A stretch of 64,000 bases of DNA, taken from NCBI GenBank assembly GCA_050506795.1, contig JBJHCF010000027.1, positions 1-64,000 on the forward strand. The letters run 5' to 3'. Below the pieces are notes generated by a model. That model saw only the letters and a program-made list of their open reading frames with translations, was not told where the DNA came from and made no database searches. Positions within the stretch are counted from its first letter, which is position 1, and each line of letters begins with the position of its first letter. A program made the translations under genes and the position numbers. Shown here piece after piece: positions 56,040 to 64,000 of the stretch. The stretch comes from Opitutia bacterium. Lineage in GTDB: Bacteria; Verrucomicrobiota; Verrucomicrobiia; Opitutales; T3Sed10-336.

Positions 56040-56654
56040 CTAAACTGCAAAGCCCGGCGTGTAGGCTTCGAACGCCTTCAGCGCCCGGTCGAGGCTGTCG
56101 GAATTTTTTCGGGCGGCTTCGAAATTCCAGTGGCGGTCCACAAAACGCAGGAGGCAGCCGTTGTAGTCCGGCCCCACCCGGCTGCGGCGGCTGGAGCGCG
56201 GCACGATGGCTTCCATGATCTCCCGGCGACGGGAGCTTCGCGCCAGATCGATGATGAATTCCTTTGGGTGACGGATCTCCTGGCTGTCGACCGGTATCCG
56301 CTCTCTGGGCACGCCGAGATAACGGGCAAACCCGCGCCGATTGGCCAAAAGCCAGGCTTCCACCTCTATAATGGCCACTCGGAACAGGAGATTGTCATTG
56401 AACGGACGATTATACCAAAGTTTGCGCAAGGACGGGGCGCAGCCATTGTCGTCGAGGTCGGTCATCACCACAAAACAGGCCTGGGCCGCGGCCTCGTTGA
56501 AGGCGGGCAGGTTCTTTTTGATGAACCCGTATCCTTCCCGGCCCAAACAGGAAACCACCGAGAACTTGGGGTCGAAATGACGCAGGAGCTTGCGCAACAC
56601 CCCTTCGCTCAACACATCCTCAACGACCAAGACTGTCGGCGCCCCACGCCTCAT
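56040..56654 (-). CDS. DUF4276-like TOPRIM-fold protein
   Basis: VVED, TDLD..CAP, EVEAWLLA, PK and A..NS.SL.R motifs. Confidence 0.72.
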   Translation of the reverse strand: MRRGAPTVLVVEDVLSEGVLRKLLRHFDPKFSVVSCLGREGYGFIKKNLPAFNEAAAQACFVVMTDLDDNGCAPSLRKLWYNRPFNDNLLFRVAIIEVEAWLLANRRGFARYLGVPRERIPVDSQEIRHPKEFIIDLARSSRRREIMEAIVPRSSRRSRVGPDYNGCLLRFVDRHWNFEAARKNSDSLDRALKAFEAYTPGFAV

Positions 56655-57799
56655 TGAAAGTACCCGAGCTCTTCAATGCGCGCCGGCTGGGTGCGCGGCA
56701 GCACAACGTCGCCGACGCTCATTCCCTGGTCCAGCAGGGCGGCGATGTCCGGCAGGTCACTGGCCCGGGCGACTTCGATGGAACGGTCCGAGGCCGGCAG
56801 CAGAAGCACCACCTCCCGGCCGTCGATTCCGCTGTCGGAGAGCAGCGCCGGACTGTGGGTGCTCAGTATCACCTGACTGGATACTCCCCGGCGGAGACGG
56901 TGGATCAACCCGGGAAGCTGACGAACGATGGCGGTATTGAGCGAAAGCTCCGGCTCCTCCAGCAGCAGCAGCGGACTGCGCTCCAGCAACGACCAGAGAA
57001 TTCCGATCAGGCGCAGCAACCCGTCGGAAAACTGACCCTCGCGCAGCGGAGGCGAACCTTCGCGCCAATTGCGAAAAGACGACTCCAGGTGCCCTTCACC
57101 GTCGCCCGGCGGACGCAACCGCAGGCCCTTGAGCAGCGGGATCGACAGCTTAAGCGCCTCCTCGATTTTTCGAAAGCGCGCTTCCCTTGTGCGGGCGGGG
57201 GTGGCGGCGACCTGACGAAAAAACTCACGGCGGGAAAAGTCCCGCGACAGGAAAGGTTCGTCGTTTCCGCTCTCGCGAAACTGATGGGGAATGAGATGAA
57301 AGTACCGCGAGTCGGCAAAAAAATCGGCGACCTCTCTAAACGCCGCGTTGGTGATGACGTTTTCCAGCGCCGTCTGGCGCAACCGGATATTGTCCTTTTT
57401 ATCGGCGCCATCCGGTCGATCCAGGATCAGCTTCTTTCCCTGCCAGACCCGCTCCCGCGCCACCATGGGAACGTCTTGAATCCTCGGATACGGCCGCAAA
57501 CTGAGCGCGTACCGCCAGTCCGGTTCGGAGGAGTTGGCTCCGCTGAAATGAAACTCCATTTCCACCCGCGCCGTCTTCGACGCCGCAAGGGAACGCAGCA
57601 GATTCAGTCCGCCGCGCCGGGCTATCGCCTGGTAAAGCCCACCTCCCGGCGCCACCAGGTCTTTCATGAAATGAAAGATATCCAGCAGGTTCGATTTTCC
57701 CGAAGCATTCGGCCCCACTAGAAAAACCCGGTCCTCCAGGGGCAGGTCCATCCGGAGAAAATTCTTCCAGTTGCGGACTATCAGACGTGAAACAATCAT
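56651..57799 (-). CDS. ABC-type ATPase (AAA_21)
   Basis: GPNASGKSN, SDG.LR, LEEPE and STHS motifs; ATGA coupling to the downstream gene. Confidence 0.85.
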   Translation of the reverse strand: MIVSRLIVRNWKNFLRMDLPLEDRVFLVGPNASGKSNLLDIFHFMKDLVAPGGGLYQAIARRGGLNLLRSLAASKTARVEMEFHFSGANSSEPDWRYALSLRPYPRIQDVPMVARERVWQGKKLILDRPDGADKKDNIRLRQTALENVITNAAFREVADFFADSRYFHLIPHQFRESGNDEPFLSRDFSRREFFRQVAATPARTREARFRKIEEALKLSIPLLKGLRLRPPGDGEGHLESSFRNWREGSPPLREGQFSDGLLRLIGILWSLLERSPLLLLEEPELSLNTAIVRQLPGLIHRLRRGVSSQVILSTHSPALLSDSGIDGREVVLLLPASDRSIEVARASDLPDIAALLDQGMSVGDVVLPRTQPARIEELGYFQ

Positions 57800-57933
57800 G
57801 GCGGCCTCCAAAGTTTTACTAATCCTGCCGCTCATCGCGGCAAATCACAACCACAATGCCGGGATAGGAGCACAGAAATGTGTTCTCGCGCATGCCCGGC
57901 CCTGAATACACGGGATGCGTCAAAAGCCTGATT

Positions 57934-58752
57934 TTAATCGTCTATGGGCTCCATCGTAATCGAAGTCCACTTCGCCCACTGAGCCACCATCGAATCGGGA
58001 TCGTTCTCGACACGCGGTTCCCAATGAATACGCCGGACGTGGCCGTCACCGAACACCGCGTTCATTTCCCCCTGATGTCGCTGCTCGTCGCGCGGCGGCT
58101 GCGTCAGGGCAAAAACCGCATGTGCTCCCGACTCGGGATTCGCAGCAGAACCGTCGAGGGAAAAAAGCGCGTCACTGTTATCCCACACCGCGTCGACAAA
58201 AAGGAGAAACTCGCCAGGCTCCGATACAGCATGCAGGGGAACGCGCTCTCTCGTAGGCAACGTACCATCTACCGATGGCTGGTTAATGGCATAGGAGACC
58301 TCGCCATACATTGCGTTTTCGTCACTCGGGCACGTTCGCAGAAATCCCCGCACCCCCTCCCCAAGGCCCATGTAGCGATTGTAGTCCGAAAATAATGACA
58401 CCCATGAACTGACACCAAGGACCCCCTCCCATTGCTTCCTGATCGCATAGTTCCCGTCATTGTCCAACGCGTAGGAATGCACTGCCTCCGCCCATTGTCG
58501 CAGGTTCGCCCGGCACTGGGCATCGAGCGCGTCAACACGCATGTCGGCAGCCTTTGCCAGCAGCAGCGAAACCAACGCCCCCATCACCACCACCGCGGTC
58601 AAAGTCTCCATCAACGACCATCCACCCCTGTATCGAAGGCGATTGAGTCTCCTAATATTTTTTCTGGCATTCACTATTGCTCCTGTATCACGGAACTCCC
58701 TACCCACACCGCCCAAATTCCAATCGCCCACTTCAACCCTTTCACTTTTCAT
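57934..58752 (-). CDS. Prepilin-type / H-X9-DG protein
   Basis: GWSLMETL, C.ANLRQ, CPS and RHQGEMNAVFGDGHV motifs. Confidence 0.8.
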   Translation of the reverse strand: MKSERVEVGDWNLGGVGREFRDTGAIVNARKNIRRLNRLRYRGGWSLMETLTAVVVMGALVSLLLAKAADMRVDALDAQCRANLRQWAEAVHSYALDNDGNYAIRKQWEGVLGVSSWVSLFSDYNRYMGLGEGVRGFLRTCPSDENAMYGEVSYAINQPSVDGTLPTRERVPLHAVSEPGEFLLFVDAVWDNSDALFSLDGSAANPESGAHAVFALTQPPRDEQRHQGEMNAVFGDGHVRRIHWEPRVENDPDSMVAQWAKWTSITMEPIDD

Positions 58753-58758
58753 TATCCA

Positions 58759-59922
58759 TTACGGTGCCGAACGCACCGGGCGAAACCCGATGCTTTTCGC
58801 CCAATAGGTATGCGCAGTTCCCGTTCGAAACGCCACCCGGCAGAATTCCGGGACGTTTGCCCAGGTGCCGCCGCGGTGAACCCGAACAATGCCCTCATCC
58901 GGCCCGCGCGTATCCGGAAGGCCGCTGGCCTCCTGCTGGTACCAGCCGATTTCCAGCCAATCCCAACACCATTCCGCCACATTGCCCGAAAGATCATACA
59001 ACCCGTACCCATTGGCCGGAAAATTTCCCACCGGCGCGGTGCCGCGACCGGTTCGGCTGCCGGCGTAGTTGGCGCGAAATCCGTCACGGGGCTCATCGCC
59101 CCAGGGCCAGCGTTTTCCGATTAACCCGCCCCGGGCGGCCTTTTCCCATTCGGTTTCGGTCGGCAGACGGTACCCGTCGGCGGCCCAGTCCACATGCGTG
59201 GACAGAAGGTTCTCCTGTCCGCTACGATATACCGTGTCGTGCGTCTCATCGGTGTAATACACAGGTGTGAGGCCCTCCCGTTCACTGCGGGCGTTGCACC
59301 ATTTCACTGCGTCGTGCCAGGTTATCTCCACCACCGGATGACGATTTCCCACAGCACTCGCCGGCAACTGTCCGATTCCCGGCGCCCAGCCCCGCGTTCC
59401 CATTCGATCAAATTCGTACCCCCGGTCCAACGCCCAGGAAAAGACCTCCAGCCATTCCTCATAAGACACCGGCGTGCGGGCACTGTAAAACGCACTCACC
59501 TCCACCTCCCGCACCGGGCGGCTCCACTCCATGTAGGTTTGCGGATCGTCATGCGCATCCCCGCGCTGGTAGGCGCCGGCGGGAATCAAGACGAAGCCCT
59601 CCGGCGAGGGCCCCAGCCTCGCCACCCGAAAAAAACCGCGATCCGCGGCCGGAACGAAAGTATAATTCCCGTGCTCGGTTGCCGCCTCAGTCGGAAACCC
59701 CGGCGCCAGTTCCCAACGGCGTAGGTCGCTTGAGCGGTACAACCCATAACGCAACCCCGGCTCCATCGGCCAGCGCAGGTGTATCTCGGGCACACCCTCG
59801 CCGGATGTGTCCTGTTCGATTTCCACCGGCAGTAGAACCCCGTGAGCGGAAACTGTTGCCGCGGCGAACCACCAGATCGAGACCACGCTCCATTTCAAAT
59901 TCACCAGGGTACTTGTTGTCAC
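58759..59922 (-). CDS. Formylglycine-generating-enzyme (SUMF1) family protein, exported
   Basis: HPVV..TW.DA..WCN, YRLPTE.EWEKAARG, NGYGLYD.SGNV.EW and GFR motifs. Confidence 0.88.
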   Translation of the reverse strand: MTTSTLVNLKWSVVSIWWFAAATVSAHGVLLPVEIEQDTSGEGVPEIHLRWPMEPGLRYGLYRSSDLRRWELAPGFPTEAATEHGNYTFVPAADRGFFRVARLGPSPEGFVLIPAGAYQRGDAHDDPQTYMEWSRPVREVEVSAFYSARTPVSYEEWLEVFSWALDRGYEFDRMGTRGWAPGIGQLPASAVGNRHPVVEITWHDAVKWCNARSEREGLTPVYYTDETHDTVYRSGQENLLSTHVDWAADGYRLPTETEWEKAARGGLIGKRWPWGDEPRDGFRANYAGSRTGRGTAPVGNFPANGYGLYDLSGNVAEWCWDWLEIGWYQQEASGLPDTRGPDEGIVRVHRGGTWANVPEFCRVAFRTGTAHTYWAKSIGFRPVRSAP

Positions 59923-59974
59923 AGCGACTCAAAACAATAGCCCGCGTGGCGCCAAGTCAAGCCCAACGCGGTCG

Positions 59975-61405
59975 TCATGGCGTTTCGTTCTCGCGCCAGT
60001 CATCGGTGCGAAAAGGGGCTGCCGGGAGTCCGGCGCCGTTGGAGAGAGTGGCTTCCGGGGCGTTGCGCCAGGCGTAGCGGATGGCGACCGGGGCGGCAAC
60101 GGACTCGGAGTTCAGGACCACCGAGGTGCCGGAGATGCTGGCGGTGGCGGGGAAAAAACGGCGATCCTCGCCGGCCAGTTCGAAGCCCCGTACCGCGACC
60201 GCAGTGGTTCGCAGGCCGCCGGCGGTATTCGAAAAATTAACCCGCGCGGTTGCCCCGTCGAAGTCGGCGTCGGCGAACACTGGTCCCGAGTCGACCACCT
60301 GGTGGCCGTAAGTGCGGTTCAACGCCAGGCGGGCCAGGCGCCGCCCGACGGTGCGTTTGTCTCCGGGATGGATGTCGTGCACGTCGCTCACGTCCAGGAT
60401 AACCGCCTGCCCGGTGGCGGGAAGGCGCAGGGTTTCGCTCTGGGCCTCGCGCAAAAATGCCCAGGTGGTATCCCGGGGGCCCTGGGCGCGAAACTCCGCC
60501 AGCTGCACCCAATAAAACGGGAAATCATCCTGCTCGAAAACCCGTCGCCACCCGGTGATCATGGCCGGGAACAGTTCGCGGTACTCCTCATAACGTCCGG
60601 CGTTGCTTTCGCCCTGGTACCAAATCGCTCCACGGATACCGTAAGGGACGAGCGGATGGATCATTCCGTTGTAAAGAAACGAAGGCGCGTCGCGCAGGAC
60701 CTGGGGAGAGGGATCAGAAGCGCGTTCTAGCAAATCCCCGCCTCTCTGTCGAATGGCGCTGAACGCTTCGCCCTCCAGGCTCTCAGGATCGGTCCAGGCT
60801 TCCGCGATGGTTCCGCCCCAGGTGCTGTTGATAATCCCCACCGGCATTTGCAGGGCCTGATGAAGGTCCCGGGCGAAGGCATAGGCGACGGCGCTGAAGC
60901 CGCGGATGTTCTCGCTTCGCGCGGAAAGCCACCGTCCTTCGATTTGATCGAGGGGCTCCGGAACCGCCGCGCGCGGCACGTTGAATTCCCGAATCAGGGG
61001 CCAATGGGCGGTCAACACCTCGAGGTCCGCGTCATGGGACTGAGCCACGGCCCACTCCATGTTCGATTGACCGGACGCCAGCCAGACCTCGCCGACGAGA
61101 ATGTTGGAAATGCGCAGGGTCTCGTTGCCGGCGATTAGCATTTCCGCCGGCTCGGCGTTCGGTTCGAGCGCAGCCAGGGTCACCGACCAGCGACCATCGG
61201 TATCCGTTCCGGTGGATACGGTCTGTCCGGCGAACGTCACGGTGATTTCTTCTCCCGCGTCCGCCGTGCCCCAGACGGAGACGGGCTTGCCGTGTTGCAG
61301 CACCGCGCCGTCCCGAAAAAGCGGCGCGGGTGAAACCGACGCGGAAAGAAAAGCCGCCAGGGAAATCGTCAGGGAGAAAACCAGGAGGAAGGTTCGAGTA
61401 TTCAT
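59975..61405 (-). CDS. Sialate O-acetylesterase (SGNH) family protein
   Basis: GEVWLASGQSNM, WGGT, WYQGESN, DIHP and RYAW motifs. Confidence 0.9.
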   Translation of the reverse strand: MNTRTFLLVFSLTISLAAFLSASVSPAPLFRDGAVLQHGKPVSVWGTADAGEEITVTFAGQTVSTGTDTDGRWSVTLAALEPNAEPAEMLIAGNETLRISNILVGEVWLASGQSNMEWAVAQSHDADLEVLTAHWPLIREFNVPRAAVPEPLDQIEGRWLSARSENIRGFSAVAYAFARDLHQALQMPVGIINSTWGGTIAEAWTDPESLEGEAFSAIRQRGGDLLERASDPSPQVLRDAPSFLYNGMIHPLVPYGIRGAIWYQGESNAGRYEEYRELFPAMITGWRRVFEQDDFPFYWVQLAEFRAQGPRDTTWAFLREAQSETLRLPATGQAVILDVSDVHDIHPGDKRTVGRRLARLALNRTYGHQVVDSGPVFADADFDGATARVNFSNTAGGLRTTAVAVRGFELAGEDRRFFPATASISGTSVVLNSESVAAPVAIRYAWRNAPEATLSNGAGLPAAPFRTDDWRENETP

Positions 61406-61492
61406 TTTAACCGTGGTGAAGATTGAATTCTAAGGCCCGGCTGTTTTGCCGAGGCCCCGAGTATCAACCGCCCCACGGCAATAATCAACCAA

Positions 61493-62197
61493 TCATCCCT
61501 GATGCACCGGTCCACCGATCGGGAAATGATCGCGCAAGGTCGGTTCTCCCCTAAGAAGACTCTCAAATTTTCGCGCTTTGGACGCAATTATCTCCGCCCG
61601 GTCGGTTCCGTTAACGATCCGACGCGCGTTGACGTAGTCGGTTCGGGTGTCGGTAATGTAATCCTCAAGCGACCTGCCCGTAAACCATCCTTCGCGCATT
61701 CCCCGGGAGAGAATCTCGTAGGCGATTACCGGATCCAGTGTTTTATCCGGGTTCGCTACAAAGTCCTTGCCCAAAAACTGGCCGGCCCTTTCGTAGTTCG
61801 CTTTCCAGGTCAGCTGGACAAAGCCGCGCCCGTAGTACGTTTCCCCCAGGACCGGGTCAGGTATACCGTATTCCCGACCCAAACCGCGTCCGACCTCACG
61901 AACGGGTTGCCAGGAGAAAAAGGTTTCGTGCCTCACCGTAGCCAGCAGATAAGCCGCCCAACGAAGGTCCGTCACCTCTTCGTCGGCCACAATGAAACGG
62001 ACCAACCGAAGAAAACCCTCCTGTTGCTCCTGGTCGAGTGATTCCTCAAACAACGCCTCGTACGATTCGATAAGGTTACGCTCAAAGAAAAACGGCAGCC
62101 ACTCCCGAAATCCCCCGTGATACGCCACGCCATCCCCCTGCGGACTGGGCGCCAGCAGGATCGCGGTAACCATGAGATACTTCCACAAGCGGATCAT
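61493..62197 (-). CDS. GH19-like lysozyme/chitinase with signal-like N-terminus
   Basis: AYLLAT..HET, YYGRGFVQLTW..NY and ARRIVNG motifs. Start uncertain. Confidence 0.75.
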   Translation of the reverse strand: MIRLWKYLMVTAILLAPSPQGDGVAYHGGFREWLPFFFERNLIESYEALFEESLDQEQQEGFLRLVRFIVADEEVTDLRWAAYLLATVRHETFFSWQPVREVGRGLGREYGIPDPVLGETYYGRGFVQLTWKANYERAGQFLGKDFVANPDKTLDPVIAYEILSRGMREGWFTGRSLEDYITDTRTDYVNARRIVNGTDRAEIIASKARKFESLLRGEPTLRDHFPIGGPVHQG

Positions 62198-62448
62198 AAG
62201 GGAAACGATAATAGGGGTTGCCAAATGCAACGCCCATCAGGGTTTCCCTGGTGCAAGCATAAGGCATTGGAGTCATCTTTGTTCCGCTTTTCTCCGAACC
62301 TCCGGGTCTTCCAGCCCGTGCCGTCCTGCACCGTTAGCGTTTCGCTCGTTGCCAAAACGCGGAACGGACGGCGCCGGTTCAGAGTAGCGCCGCTCTTCAG
62401 ACAGCGCAGAACCGGCCCGCAAAGCGAACCCGCGTCCCGAGTTCCAGA

Positions 62449-62570
62449 CTTCGGCTGAAGCACGAAGCTACGGGGAGTCCAAAACACGTAGCGCCCTGCT
62501 TCAGCGGGCGTTTGTTGGACGTAAGGACGGCGGCTCCGGCATGAGGTCTCCGGATGAAGCACGGAGCTAC
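62449..62570. repeat. Short REP-B/REP-A/REP-B cluster, inverted orientation
   Basis: Copies at 62449-62471, 62488-62510 and 62548-62570. Confidence 0.85.
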
Positions 62571-62649
62571 GGTTGGAATCCGCCCATGCGACTCAAACTT
62601 TGAGTCGGACCTTGGGCTGCGATGAGCTCAGGCGATCAACGAAGTCACA

Positions 62650-63987
62650 CTAACCGACGAACTGGGACAGAATGGTGAGCACGATCATCGCGCTGAACCC
62701 GAGCAGAGCCGTGCCGCCGCTCTGCAGTTTGTAGGCCTGGGCGACACTCATGTTGCTCATCTGACTGACCACCCAAAAGAAACTGTCATTGGCATGGGAA
62801 ACCACGGCCGAACCGGCCCCGATGGCGATCACCAGCATCGCTTTGGACATCTCGCTTTCCATGCCCATCGTCGGTATCAACGGTGCCACGAGCGCCGCCG
62901 TCGTGATAATCGCAACCGTTGACGAGCCTTGTGCCGATTTGATGAACGCCGCGGCCAGGAACGGCAGCCAGATGCCCAGCCATTGGACTTCCGCCAGGCC
63001 ACTCAGAATCGATTCCAGATCAGACTGCTGAAGCACGCGTCCGAAGGCGCCCCCGGCGCCGGTAATTAGAAGAATCACCGCCGCCTTCTTCAAGGACTCG
63101 CCCACCCACCCAGTGCTTCCCAGCATGGCGCGATCAAATTTTTTCGGCAGCAGGAATGCCAGCAACATACCGATCAACAGGGCGATGACCGGATGCCCGA
63201 TAAAACCGAGAAAATCCTTCAAGCCACCCGATCCGAACGGCTCCGTGGGGTATTCCGCGAACGATCGCAAAACAATCAAGACAATCGGTACCACGATGGG
63301 CAGAAACGATTTTACCGCCGATGGCGATGAGGCCAGCCGAGCTTTCAGGTCCGCCTCGCTCATGTCCGGGGCCGGGTCGATGGAAATCCGTTTTCCCATT
63401 TGGACCGCGAACACGATCGCCACCAGCAAACCTCCAAGGCTGGCACACAACCCCAGCAGTATGACCCGTCCGAGGTCCGCGCCGAGGATCCCCGCCGCCG
63501 CGATCGGCCCGGGAGTCGGCGGGACCATGGTATGGGATGCCGTTAGCCCGAGCGACAGGGCGATGGCGGTTCCGGCCAACGAGAGCCCGGCTTTTTTGGT
63601 AATGGCCTTGTTCAGCGACGAGAGGATCACGAATCCACTGTCAGCGAACACCGGAATGGAAACCACATAACCGACCGAAGCCATGGCCGGATGGACCCGC
63701 TTGCGCCCTACGATTCTCAGCATGAAATCCGCCAAACGATAAGCGCCTCCGGAATGCTCGAGAAAGGTGCCAATGATTATGCCTACGACGATGATTAAGC
63801 CGATGCTGCCGATGGTGGCCCCGAATCCTTCATTGACCGTGGTAACGAGATCCGCGAGGGGCATACCGGAAAACACCCCAAAGAAGAAGGCGGCGGCCAG
63901 AAGTGCCAGAAACGGATGCAAGTGAAAGCGGCTGGTGGAAACTACGATGAAGGCGATGCATACGAGGATAAGGAGGATGGTGAACAT
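62650..63987 (-). CDS. GntP-family permease
   Basis: HPFLAL, IPVF.DSGF, PPTPGP, AQGSSTVA and SHANDS.FW motifs. Confidence 0.9.
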   Translation of the reverse strand: MFTILLILVCIAFIVVSTSRFHLHPFLALLAAAFFFGVFSGMPLADLVTTVNEGFGATIGSIGLIIVVGIIIGTFLEHSGGAYRLADFMLRIVGRKRVHPAMASVGYVVSIPVFADSGFVILSSLNKAITKKAGLSLAGTAIALSLGLTASHTMVPPTPGPIAAAGILGADLGRVILLGLCASLGGLLVAIVFAVQMGKRISIDPAPDMSEADLKARLASSPSAVKSFLPIVVPIVLIVLRSFAEYPTEPFGSGGLKDFLGFIGHPVIALLIGMLLAFLLPKKFDRAMLGSTGWVGESLKKAAVILLITGAGGAFGRVLQQSDLESILSGLAEVQWLGIWLPFLAAAFIKSAQGSSTVAIITTAALVAPLIPTMGMESEMSKAMLVIAIGAGSAVVSHANDSFFWVVSQMSNMSVAQAYKLQSGGTALLGFSAMIVLTILSQFVG

Positions 63988-64000
63988 ACGTTTTCAAGTT

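Overview
GC-rich bacterial chromosome, probably Verrucomicrobia-like. This is inferred from two prepilin/H-X9-DG genes and secreted proteins with S-x-D-L-x-x-W...F-x-R motifs. The main feature is a ~28.8 kb island integrated in tRNA-Phe(GAA), bounded by a perfect 47-bp direct repeat (3642-3688 / 32469-32515). The island carries two tandem tyrosine recombinases with arm-type repeats, a decayed DUF3987/iteron replication remnant, and a sacsin-like GHKL-ATPase/DUF3883 nuclease. It also carries a ~16.4 kb co-oriented defence cluster: a four-gene restriction-like scaffold (DUF499 ATPase, DUF3780, DUF1156 methylase, PLD-SNF2 helicase) interleaved with GmrSD-like, ABC-ATPase+DUF3226, four-helix-bundle, Schlafen/AlbA_2 and DarTG modules. 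The most unusual details are: (1) an in-frame A_AAA_AAG/A10 slippery site that would give DUF3780 a tail with a beta-clamp-like motif; (2) a four-helix-bundle gene bracketed by inverted heptamer arrays that overlap neighbouring coding sequence, plus several gene-less short-period inverted-repeat cassettes elsewhere; (3) two REP-associated tyrosine transposases, one split by an amber codon and flanked by 99-bp BIME-like arrays, the other carrying its own REP in frame inside its CDS. The right half is mostly housekeeping and secreted-protein genes, plus an AbiE pair and an ATPase+TOPRIM pair. All family calls come from motif recognition; no database searches were run.
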